DNA from: Convolutriloba macropyga
Lineage: Eukaryota
Reading direction: 5' to 3'
DNA: 64,000 bases
NCBI RefSeq assembly: GCF_964194025.1
Contig: NC_134475.1
Location: forward strand, 65,658,001 to 65,722,000
This document shows, one piece after another, positions 50,518 through 60,749 of the stretch (position 1 is the stretch's first letter; every line of letters starts with the position of its first letter). The notes below the pieces were generated by a model, which was not told where the DNA came from, searched no databases, and saw only the letters and a list, made by a program, of their open reading frames with translations. The translations under genes were made by a program, and so were the position numbers.

Positions 50518-51578
50518 GTTTTGTTATTTCACTACTGTTGTATCTAACTTTGACCAACTCTAATTCATAAAATTTTCCCTTGAATGGCTCCTGGGATGCG
50601 TCAATGAGACTATAAGTAGGAGGATTTGTTGTAGGTATATCGTAAATCTCAAAAACTTCGTTGGTAAATGTTTGCTTGTATCCTTTTCTAAAAGGAAGAT
50701 CCGCTTTTGATATTCGCACAAAGTCCCCAATGTAAAACTTTGGTCGGCGAACTAGATTTGCTGAATCATTAAAAATTATTGATATCAAGTAAGGAACGTC
50801 TTTCTTTGTCACTTTATTCGGCGCCATTTTCGTTACTCTGTTGACTCTAGAGTTTATGGTTTGCACAAAGCTCTGCAATTGATTAATATACGAATATGTC
50901 CATTTGTCCTCTAAATACTTGTATATCAAATTCTTGAGTGATCGTATATTTGTTTCCGCAAATGCTGATTTTTTCTCGCTGAACGTTTTATAAACTTCGA
51001 TTTCATTTTTCTGACATAGAGTGCTGAAAGAGCCCTTAAATTCTGTACCAGCATCTACACACACTTTTTTAGGTCGCTTGTTCCTTATCTTTTTCTTGAA
51101 CGCATCTGCTGTTGTTGTGGCGCACTTTGTTTTTAACTGTTCGAAATTTATCCACATGAGCCAAGTCTAGCGACCAAATTTTGTTCACATCGTAGGCAAT
51201 AACCTTCAGTGTTGAAAATTTTTTTCTATATTTTTTATGCTTTGTGTGGGCATTTTAAACCTCCAGGAACAATTTCATTTTACTTGGTTTCAAGTTTGTG
51301 ATTCTTTGTAGATTTTTTACGCTTCCATATGCTGCGGGACCTTTCTTATATTTCAACTCAAGCAATTTTTTCTCATTCGTCGAAAGACTCCCAGTTCTTC
51401 TCCTCTTGCTGAGTTCTGTCTTCCTTCGAAGTTTCGAAACCACTTCCGGCGTCTGAGGATTCTTCTGTAAGTAATTGACTGGTTTCTTTGTGCTTGATTC
51501 CTTTTGGCGAAATAGTTTCCCTTTTCTTTTTTGGTTTGGCAGTTCTTTGAGTTCTTTTCCGGATCGCAATTTTAGCAT
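50510..51578 (-). pseudogene. Polinton-type retroviral-like (rve) integrase, disrupted
   Basis: YKKGPAAYGSVKNL, WSLDLAHVD, PKKVCVDAGTEFKG, KSAFAETNIRSLK, PKFYIGDFVRISK..PFRKGY and GKFYELELVKV. There is an internal stop and an apparent deletion near 51150. Confidence 0.9.
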
Positions 51579-52059
51579 TTCTGTTGATCACCAAGTCCTC
51601 TTTTATGTTTAAAACCTCAAGAATCTTAAAATAATCTGGATTACTTAGTTTTTTAGTTGGTTGTTGCAAATCATAGAGAAAAATAGGGACATTTATTCCT
51701 GTTGCTGTTCCGTCAACAATGAAATTTTCATTTTCGTCTATAACAACTTTTTTTGACTCTTTAATGAGGCTAACTATTTTCTCCGTCCTGGTGAATTTCG
51801 CTGGCGCTTAAACGTTAAGATTTTGAAGAATTTTGTCTGCTTTCACTTTTGACAACTCAGTGGGATCAGTTGTTTCCCTTGTATCTAAAATTTCCTGGTA
51901 TTCTTTATTAGTGTTTTCATTTGGTCGCATACAGTTCAAAAACGAAAATTGAGCACCTCTATGCTGAACTCTGGGATCATTTAGAATTTGTGAGGAATAT
52001 GGTTGCTCTTTCAAAGATTGATTTTTGGGAATCAAAAAAAACTCTTCAGCAGTTGACAT
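51540..52059 (-). pseudogene. Maverick hypothetical protein (one internal stop)
   Basis: MSTAEEFFLIPK... continues in frame to FLYDLQQPTKKLS..DYFKILEVLNIKEDLVIN. It lies in the packed minus-strand gene array. Confidence 0.5.
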
Positions 52060-52062
52060 GGT

Positions 52063-52362
52063 TTAACTCAAATGGATGAAACAAAATTTTATAATGAGTT
52101 GAATCAATTCGAAACCGGTTTTTGTTAGAAAAAGCGCTCGTCGTTTATCCATTGATGACTTTTTCTTGAGAACAATTTCAAATATGTATCTGTATTTTTC
52201 TAAGTCTCTCACTTTCACTCTAACATGACCCAGCAAGACATTGTGAAGGCATTCACATAGAACCAGTATAACATCACTATCACAATTACGCAGGTATTTC
52301 CTTAACTTTTTTGGTTGCAAATGCACCATTTGCTTCAGTATAGATAATTTGTTCTCTTTCAT
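52063..52362 (-). CDS. Conserved small Maverick/adintovirus protein
   Basis: LRNCDSDVILVLCECLHNVLLGHV matches the (I/L)CECxxNxLxGxV motif I recall from small ORFs next to Maverick ATPases. Confidence 0.6.
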   Translation of the reverse strand: MKENKLSILKQMVHLQPKKLRKYLRNCDSDVILVLCECLHNVLLGHVRVKVRDLEKYRYIFEIVLKKKSSMDKRRALFLTKTGFELIQLIIKFCFIHLS

Positions 52363-53005
52363 TGTTTAGAGGGGTTGTTTCTGCTTTATCAGATGGAAGG
52401 TAGAACACTCTAGGACCTGGCTCAGTAATATTTGAACAGTATCGTAAACAATCCGAAGTTTTTGGATCAAGATCGATAAGCAAATGCCCAAATGGTTCTT
52501 TCGTTGCCAATTGATAGCAATGTTTTAAAAATTCAACAAAATTTAACTGCCTGCCTAAAAATTCGCCTTGTTGAATATCGCGGGCTGATTTGAACAGAAT
52601 GATGTGGGATGTGTTCAAGTCTATTGTACGAGACCACTTGCTCTGCTGATAAAGATTGTGCTTTATGTAAATAACATTAATCTTTTTGTGACGCCCTGCA
52701 GTGGCCAGCTTAACAAATTTTTTGCCGTTTTAAATTTCATTGCACGAGTTGTCGATTATCAAGAGAGAGTTTTCAAGGTTATTCAAAAATTCTAAATTGG
52801 CATACTTTTTGAAAATAACTCCAAGTTCCTGCTCCATTTTGACGTATATTTGTTGCATTTCTCTATATAAAATTATAATGTGGTTAAATTTTGGGTAAAA
52901 TGTGTTTCCACTCAACATTTTGAAAATTAACTCTGTTTTGCCACAACCTGAGGGCCCTACAACGGCCATGAAGACTCTATCTTGCGTAGATATAATTTTA
53001 TTCAT
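52286..53005 (-). pseudogene. A32/FtsK-like DNA packaging ATPase, frameshifted
   Basis: Walker A VVGPSGCGKT, Walker B LLIIDN (DD expected), ATAGRHKKI...HNLYQQ and NTSHIILFKSARD...PFGHLLIDL. Confidence 0.9.
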
Positions 53006-53276
53006 AGTCTTGGATTTAGTAAAATGTATCCAACTAAACTTGACAATCTGGACATTAAAACTGAGCTTTCTTGACAATTTGGTTTTAACACGGTTAACTT
53101 CACAATACAAAGTGATATTAGTAGTAAAATAACAAACATTTGCACAAAAATACAACTTTCGAGCGTGGCAAAGTTGTTTGGTTACAAAATTTCCAAGACG
53201 ATTTGCTGCTACTTTCTTTTTCAAAATAATTTTCCTCTACAACAGCGTCAACTTGATCGACTGTTTCTCCTTCCAT
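53002..53276 (-). pseudogene. Small putative membrane protein upstream of the ATPase (frameshifted; not in the ORF track)
   Basis: MEGETVD...CNQTTLPRSKVVF...LSSLVGYILLNPRL* has hydrophobic segments. Its stop overlaps the ATPase start (ATGA). Confidence 0.5.
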
Positions 53277-53370
53277 CTCAACAAAAAATAAAAACTTGTT
53301 GAAAAAGTATCAATTGGGTATCAGATTACATAAAACAACTCATAGCAATTAAACTCAGTTAGAAAGTCTT

Positions 53371-53806
53371 TCATATGAACCATGAAGCACTCAGAGAGTC
53401 TCTCAGTTTTGTTATAATGAACAATTTTGTGATTTTGTGCACTCTTTCTTCCTTCATCAAGAGTTGAATCTCTTTTCGCAGTGAAGGATCGTTTTTGTCA
53501 ATTTCCTCACCAACCGGGTGCTTCGACATCAGTAAGAGTTTCGGAGGACAGACTCTGGGTTGATTTTTTGACATTCTGCTTTCTCCACTGAAGAAAAGGT
53601 TCAATATAATACACTAAATGAGTGAATGAGCGAATTTCGTCCTCATTCAGCAACAATTTAACTTTTCTCTGAAAAAACTGATTTCCGGTTTTTATGGTTT
53701 CGTCTTTGGAAATTGAAAGACTCAGATTCCCGTCCCCCGTAATCAAGGCACAAATTGTTGAACTCGGTGACAACGCTGTCTCCATTTTCGTCAATTCCTC
53801 TCTCAA
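53371..53806 (-). pseudogene. Maverick hypothetical ORF, disrupted
   Basis: ORF 53507-53806 (METALSPSS...LSLSISKDE...KLLLNEDEIRSF) lies in the gene array. Function unknown. Confidence 0.35.
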
Positions 53807-54259
53807 TGGTTAACCAGTTGAAAGAGAAAATGGCTTTTTCTTTTGCACAATGTTTGTTGAAAATGTTTTTGCCCTTTGAATGATTTTGACAATTTTGTGT
53901 AAAATAGTTCACAGATATCGAAGGACACTCAAGTGAATTCAGATCAATAACAGGACATTGAAGCAATTCTGACAAAAACTTAACTTTTTCCGCTCCCTTA
54001 GCGTAGAATATTGCACTAGGATTCCGCAAGCGAACGCTTTGAATTATTTGTGTTAGATAAATATAGGGATAATTTCCTATGTCCCAATCAATACCGTGCA
54101 AATTTCTACTCAACCAACTGAAATATTGCTTTTGTTGAGCTGTTAACTCACTATAACTTGTTGGTGGTAAAAATGACACGCAGTCTTCAGTACAAATTCC
54201 AAACTATTAACAAAAAAATTTTTTTTTCTGTGACGTAATCCTTCAACGTCTAACACCGC
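53780..54259 (-). pseudogene. DEDDh/DnaQ-like 3'-5' exonuclease-family protein
   Basis: N-terminal VLDVEG (Exo I DxE, ~54240-54256), then LHGIDWDIG, FYAKGAEK..FL and C..H......HCA. Frameshifted near 54200. Confidence 0.6.
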
Positions 54260-54655
54260 TCAGCATTCAAATAGGTGAAAAATTGACGGATGAAAAATCT
54301 TTATATATAAGCAAAATAATATTCCCGACAAATGCCCGCTATAACTGTTGCTGCTTTTCCACGGAAGCATATAAGAATAACCAGGTCCTTGGTTATATAT
54401 TTCGTATATGAAACCTCTTGCGTCGTGTAAAATAGCGTGCAAACGTAAAATTTTTGATACTTTTAGATACTTGTCGAGAGATGAATTGTCGATGCCAATT
54501 AGACCTCCATATGGACGCAACTTTAGAGCAATATCATGATCAAAGCAGTCCAACTCACTAAAATATTCACTTGCTGCCAGGAAATAGTTTAATCTTACTG
54601 ATTTTTCAGGATAAGATGTAGAAATGGATAAGTATTTGTCGTGAATGTTTTCCAA
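54260..54655 (-). CDS. Small HD-motif protein, possibly phospholipase A2-like
   Basis: PYGGLIGI...LRLHAILHDARGF...GPGY. The helix-HD arrangement recalls viral PLA2-type domains. Tentative. Confidence 0.35.
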   Translation of the reverse strand: MENIHDKYLSISTSYPEKSVRLNYFLAASEYFSELDCFDHDIALKLRPYGGLIGIDNSSLDKYLKVSKILRLHAILHDARGFIYEIYNQGPGYSYMLPWKSSNSYSGHLSGILFCLYIKIFHPSIFHLFEC

Positions 54656-55023
54656 TCAGTTTCTACAAGGAACTGGTTGATCAAAACGCATGCCAAGTCT
54701 TTTTTTCTCACTTACCAAACTGCAACTCAACAAAGTTTTTAATGCTTTTCGCTGAAGAGTCTAAAACATTTTTTATTAACAATCTCTAAACAAAGAGTGA
54801 ATAAGATTTTGTCATTCTAATAATAGCGACAGACTAACTTATCGGGTTTTGAATTTTATAGTTTTAAACACTAAGAACCAATCACCGCAATGCTGACTGC
54901 ATGTTGTTTTTGTTTGTCCATGAATTCTCCAATTGGTTATGATAAGACTTAGAACAACGCATTCGTATACTGTGTAGTCAGTGTCCTTTCGCCTTACTAG
55001 AACTAAGGTTAAATTTCAAAATT

Positions 55024-55166
55024 TTGCTGTATTTTGATTGGCTAAGATAAAAACCAAATATATCCAGCTATTATGCTCTACGTGACAAGTATTGTTATTG
55101 CTGTTTTCTGATTGGCTAAGATAAAAACCAAATATATAAAACTATTATGCTATAAGTGACAAGTAT
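55024..55166 (+). promoter_or_regulatory. Tandem duplicated 74-bp CCAAT/TATA-like module in the divergent intergenic region of the Maverick
   Basis: TGATTGGCTAAGATAAAAACCAAATATAT...CTATTATGCT...GTGACAAGTA occurs twice, between the minus-strand gene array and the + strand ORF at 55512. Confidence 0.45.
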
Positions 55167-55511
55167 GTTTTTGAGATTTTCTTAGAAGCAACACGCCTAA
55201 ACATGTAGCAAAAACAATTGAACACAAATAATCACTTTCTTTCAATTCTTGCATACTGTTTGGTTACTCACAAAATCCAAATCTTTGCTCTACAACAAAC
55301 TGAAAATTGTTTGCAAACTCTTTTCACAGTCTTTCCTCATTTCTTTTTGTCTTTCTCCACTATTGATAACAATCTAATTATTCTCGAAACAAGATTGATA
55401 CAAAATTCTTAAGTCTTAGAACAAATTGTTTTATCTTTTGATTATATAGAAAAGCTGACCAAAAGTTTTCACGACCTGACAAATTACCACAACAAATCAT
55501 TAATTGCAGCA

Positions 55512-56102
55512 TTGTCTTCAAAGTTTGAACATGTCTCCGGTGGCAATTATTCTGAAAGAGGAGAGGCCAATCCCGATTTGAGAACAACAGCATATGAAAC
55601 TTACAAAATAGAGAAAGTCGTTATTGTTAAACAAGAGTTGCGGGACAACGAGTGGATTACAATTAACCACATGGCGCTACCAATTGTAATTTTCGACTAC
55701 ATCAAATCATTCAGATTTGAAAAGGCGCTGATGAAAGGAGCACAGTACACGATCGATCATGTTACCGGCTACGTAAGAGAATTTGTTTTCAATCCAGAGA
55801 CGATTGATGAAAATGTTAGGAAAATTCTTTACGACTATGATATCAAAGAGATTCCTCTATACGAAAATCAGGAGGGCTATTGGAGGAACCTGGAAATTAT
55901 TGATAGTTTCTGGCTTATTCCAAAAAGCCCTGAAAGCCCAAACATTACAAGTCGGTCAAATTCTCCTCTACCAGACTCAACGCCAACTCCCTCAACTCCC
56001 AAGGTAGCGGAAGTTTCCATAATTGCCAGCAGCAGTCTCGAGACGCCACCAGTGAGCCTTTGCTTTGCTCCAAAGAAACGAAAGCTTGATATCAACTTCT
56101 AA
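55512..56102 (+). CDS. Maverick ORF of unknown function with a Ser/Pro-rich tail and C-terminal NLS-like APKKRK
   Basis: 196-codon open frame without stops. The start shown is non-ATG. No polymerase motifs. Confidence 0.5.
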   Translation: MSSKFEHVSGGNYSERGEANPDLRTTAYETYKIEKVVIVKQELRDNEWITINHMALPIVIFDYIKSFRFEKALMKGAQYTIDHVTGYVREFVFNPETIDENVRKILYDYDIKEIPLYENQEGYWRNLEIIDSFWLIPKSPESPNITSRSNSPLPDSTPTPSTPKVAEVSIIASSSLETPPVSLCFAPKKRKLDINF

Positions 56103-56304
56103 TACTCATTTAAAGACATTGCTTCTTTTGTTTCTGAGATCTTCTAGTGTGAAAACTATTTTGATAGTATTGTTTGTTCCGTGTTATATAGCCTAATATT
56201 TTTTTCTATTTTTTGTCTCAGCGCACATTGTTCCACTTGAAATTGAATTTTTGCTTCCACTCCACTTTTATCTCATACACAGTAAACAGTATACACAATC
56301 TATT

Positions 56305-58131
56305 GAACATGCAATATCGTGATAAAAATCAAAGTAATCTTGAGACGACGACATACTACTTTCTTTTTAAATACAAACTCAAACTTGTGACCACACCGTG
56401 TCTTTGATAATAAAACAATACGTGTTCAAACATGTGCAAGACGATAATAAAGGCTAAACTCGACTGACCAATCAGAGAAGCGGAGACGACCACACTGAAG
56501 TGCTTATGGTAATAAAAGAGACCACACCTTGTCTTTGATAATAAAACAATACGTGTTCAAACATGTGCAAGAGAGTAATAAAGCCTAAACCCGATTGACC
56601 AATCAGACAAGCTGAGACGACCAGACTGAATTGCTTATGGAAGTGAAAGACATATGTTGGCACATGTAGTAGACATAATAATTCCTAAAACTCAATTGGC
56701 CAACCAATCACAAAAGCCTAGACCAAAACTTGCAAAGCAAGCAAAAATCAAAAACATATTTTGTCATATGGACCAGTCTAAAATTAATCTTCAGTCAGCT
56801 TTCAACCAATCTTAGGTCGGAAAAAACAAGTGCAGATTAGATAAAAATTGATAAACACTGTAGGCATACAGCTTTAGTTAAGTTATTGTTAGTGCTATGA
56901 AGATTTTTGGAGAACAAAAACAGAACAGGAAAACTGTTTATTAATGTAAAGAAAAAATTAGAATATCATTCACAAAAAATAGAAGTTAGTTTTCTTAAGT
57001 ATTTAAGGGAAATGGACTGCTCATTCTATCATTTTGCCTAAGTTACGCAGTAAGGTTCAGTCGGACATCAGTTTTCCCGTTAAAATTTTGTCATTTTTAT
57101 AGTTTTCCCCAAGTTTTACACTATATTACGTGATCACATTTGCATTGTCCCTCAAACACCTTGTTTTACACAATTTACCGGTCGGCACTTGTTGTCATTT
57201 ACAATGCAAAACAGTTTGTGCATAATGGAATTGCTTTTTGAGGAAGTATCTTGCATAAAATTGTTCAAAAACAACAATTTTTACTCTAAAAATACACTAT
57301 TTTTTTCTCGATTTTTAACTCTCCCGTCATACAATTGTGGTATATGAATTGCTTTACCGCACATTTTCAAACAGTTTTTCAGTACTTTTTTGGAACATTT
57401 CATATAGTTTCGAGCATTTGTTTTGTCCATTTCATACGTATATTTCTTCTCATTTTCTGCAAAGTTGCATCCTTTTCACCTTGGACGCTGCAAATTTCTT
57501 ATCAGACACAATAATTCTCAATTTGGAGCCCTGGCACTTAAATTTTATTGGTTTTTTAATCTGCCCACACTCCCTAATCTGGGATAACAAATGGGCAATA
57601 AAACTATCAAATTAAAACCAGATGTTGGATCAAAACCAGATGTTGGATCAAAACCACCAAAATTTGACTCCATTTTGGTCTAAATGTAGTTATATTACAT
57701 AAAACTTATGAAGAGATTGAAATAGTAAAAAGGTTTTTAAATTTTCTGTCTTTTGAAAACCCATGAATAGTCTTTTTGACTAAAATAAGGTTTAAGAATT
57801 TTTAAATTTTAAAACCAACGTAGGGGACCCCCAAAAATTGCAAAATTTTCACAAGTTTTTCAATAATTCCAGAAAACTGTGAAATTTTAACAAGTTTTTA
57901 TTCCCCGCACAAAATAGCTGGAAAAATCGTAAGTTTTTGCCCACCAAACAAATTCGGCAAAAATTTCACAAGTTTTTCTCACCGCACAAAATTAACAAAA
58001 ATTATACAAGTTTTTGTCCCCCGGCAAAATTGAGAGACAAAATTTTTCGACCTCAAAAATGTACCGCACGATTTGTCACGGGTGGGGACGTCCCCCCCCC
58101 CGTGACAATACGTGCATTTTAGTATACTACT
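56305..58131 (-). repeat. Right terminal inverted repeat (~1.83 kb)
   Basis: Reverse complement of the left TIR. It has a private ~130-bp tandem duplication (56389-56640) and carries the first ~16 codons of the 46481 ORF in antisense. Confidence 0.9.
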
Positions 58132-58752
58132 TGCACCCACTAACCTGGGGGGACATAAACGGAAATGATCCAGTTTTTCGTTTTTTTTCCTTTTCTCAAA
58201 TTGCACCGCAAAGATATCAATTTTTAAGTATAAGTTTGTCTTACAACTCATATCATTAAAGAGGATTCTACTAATAGATCTCCCGCTCCCCAGTAGGTTA
58301 TGCAACCACCTGTTACAGAACCCGTGCCGTTACACAGTAAATCAATGCGTAAAAATATAAAAGTTTGGAGCGGGGGGGGGGGGGGTGGGGGTTGCATGCT
58401 TATTGCACCTCTTTTTCAGAATGCACCTTTTGGCGGCAAGTTATTTTCATACTATTAAGTTAAAAATGGCCCAGATAAAAGTCAGTAAAGGTTTGTTTTT
58501 CGTTCTGTTTTTATCATGAAAACGCTAGAATATGATATGACCATGGTACTGGGCAGAGAAAAATGCAGAATTGAAAATCCATGATTCAGTACTGAGATTG
58601 TCTGTTAATTAGTTCAGTCCGCGATATAATTTCGAATTCATGAAGCCAACTGCTGCATTCATTTTTTGTCTGCACATTATAGTACTAGCTTCGGTTTAAC
58701 GACTTCAGCTGGCTTTGGCTGTGTTTTTTCAACTATTTTTGTCGCCTAGGAG

Positions 58753-59163
58753 ATGCCGAAGTTAATATTTCTGGCCACATTAATTGTCGCGAGTCACAGC
58801 CGGGCATCTGGCAACGACAGAAATGCCGCCAAACGAAGTTTTGAGAAGAGATACAGCGACTGGTACGACAAATACAATCAGTACCTGCAGAACAATTTGA
58901 GCCCGGATAAGCGACAGATGGGGTATGGGTCGTATCCTGGACAACCCATGGGCTATGGTGCACCCGCTCCCATGGGCATGCCGTACCCACAGCCACCCAT
59001 GGGGTATCCTGGTGCAAGTCCATACGGGTATCCACAGACTATGATGCCCGGGCCCGGCATGCCTTATGGAATGCCCTCCCCCGGCGGTTATGGGGCACCC
59101 GCCCAGTACCCGTACTATGGGGGATACCCAGCCAGTCCTCAAATGAGCCCGTATCGTGGATAG
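58753..59163 (+). CDS. Secreted prepropeptide, 136 aa, Gly/Pro/Tyr/Met-rich
   Basis: ATG-to-TAG ORF in a GC-richer island, with an N-terminal hydrophobic signal (MPKLIFLATLIVASHSRA) and three KR dibasic sites. The last peptide starts with Q and ends in RG-stop. Confidence 0.7.
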   Translation: MPKLIFLATLIVASHSRASGNDRNAAKRSFEKRYSDWYDKYNQYLQNNLSPDKRQMGYGSYPGQPMGYGAPAPMGMPYPQPPMGYPGASPYGYPQTMMPGPGMPYGMPSPGGYGAPAQYPYYGGYPASPQMSPYRG

Positions 59164-59332
59164 AGGGATTATTTTCTGCTTCCACCCCATATTTTCCCCG
59201 CCTTACTTTTTTACACTTCAGAAACTATTTCTTGCAAAATACAACAAGGGGTTGAAGACTGAAAACCCTTTTAATTACTTTTCCCAGAAAATCAACTTGA
59301 TCAGAACAACGGATAGGTATCCGTAATGAATA

Positions 59333-59590
59333 TTACCACACGGTTGTTATCGCCACCGAGAAGTTATCAAAATCCGAGGAGAAGCCGAGGTATCACGATA
59401 ACTTCGAGGGCGATAACAACCGTGTGGTAACTTTTTAAATCAACGCCTATTGCGATCATGTTTGGTTCTTTAGACTACAAGTTCATCAAACTGTTTCCAT
59501 CAATAGACTACGAGTTTATCACCACTCTTTTATCGCCACTGTTTGCTTATTAACAAAGGCGATAAAAGAGTGTGATGAACTCGTAGTCTA
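59333..59590. repeat. Paired long hairpins (59333-59430 and 59504-59590), probable fold-back non-autonomous element
   Basis: TTACCACACGGTTGTTATCGCC / GGCGATAACAACCGTGTGGTAA is a perfect 22-bp arm pair around CCGAGGAGAAGCCGAGG. The second hairpin is TAGACTACGAGTT...CTCTTTTATCGCC / GGCGATAAAAGAG...AACTCGTAGTCTA. Confidence 0.75.
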
Positions 59591-60749
59591 ATGCTGAAGT
59601 GTTTTTCCACTGTCGATTGGGCATTAAAATTTATTACACTTGCAGTTTATTTAACTGCTGTTATCGCAAGAGGTGTTGATTAAATTTTATTGGCCCAATT
59701 TCGCTAAGTTATCGCCCATCAATTTCACTTACAAGGAGTAGTTCAGTACTTACCAGCTTACATAAGTAATTTCCTATTTTTTATTTCCCTATGTATTAAG
59801 ATTTGAGGAGTCAATTTTGAGGACAATTCTTATCCAAAATTTTCCTAATTTACAAAAATCAGTGATATCGACAAAAATTGACTGTTTTACTTGTTTTAGA
59901 ATGAGAAAAATTAATTACACTAACAAAATCGGGGGCAAATTTGCGGACCATGATTTAGTTATATCTTTGCGTTGTTCTGATCACGCAGCCGATGGGGTGA
60001 GGGGGTGGAAAATTGAAAAAATACGTGAGGGAGGGAAGGGGTTGGAGGGGACTCTAACAGAAAATAGCCGACAGGGGCGTCTCGTTAAAATCGGCAATAG
60101 GCGATTGGGCAGAAATAATAACTTGATTTATAAAACTGTGATTTAACCTATGTTTGAAATAGCTTTGAGATCTGTAAACATGATATTCCACATTTCGAAT
60201 CGAGTCAACAAAAACATTAAAATAATTTTCGTAATTTTGCTTTTTCAAGTATGCTGTAATATTACACTCGAACAGTTCATCATTAAATTCAGTTGATGGG
60301 ATGCCTTCCTTAGAAAAATAATGTTTTCAGATGTAACAAATTATCAGCACCCAGGTGAAAAAATAAATGTCGCTAATACTTCAAGGCATTGACAGATATC
60401 GTCATTTCAGTAACAAAGCAGTGATAAAGGTGGCCAAATACGAATAATTGGACGGAGTAAAGACTTTCAGCTAACTTGGAGTGGGAAATTTGAGTTTGAA
60501 CACATTTTCAGAGAGAATTCGAGGGTTTGCGGGTATTTGCTGTCATTCTGCTGCGTTATCACTTATTATTATTGAGGACAAGCTTCACTGAGGATCTATG
60601 GGAGAATCAAAGAAATCTAACAAATAATTTCTTGTGATAGTTCATGGTCTATTTACTTTCATATCATTTGTAATTGTAGCTGAGGAGAGAGTCTACCGCT
60701 TTGAAGGCTTCAATTCAAACTTTTTCATAATGCAAAAAAACATATAACA

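Larger units (their letters stand above)
44466..58131. mobile_element. Maverick/Polinton (adintovirus-type) endogenous DNA virus, 13.7 kb, no detectable pPolB
   Basis: Termini AGTAGTATACTAAAATGCACG / CGTGCATTTTAGTATACTACT, perfect 6-bp TSD TGCACC (44460-44465 and 58132-58137), long TIRs, and genes for integrase, packaging ATPase, major and minor capsid proteins and an adenain-like protease. Confidence 0.95.
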
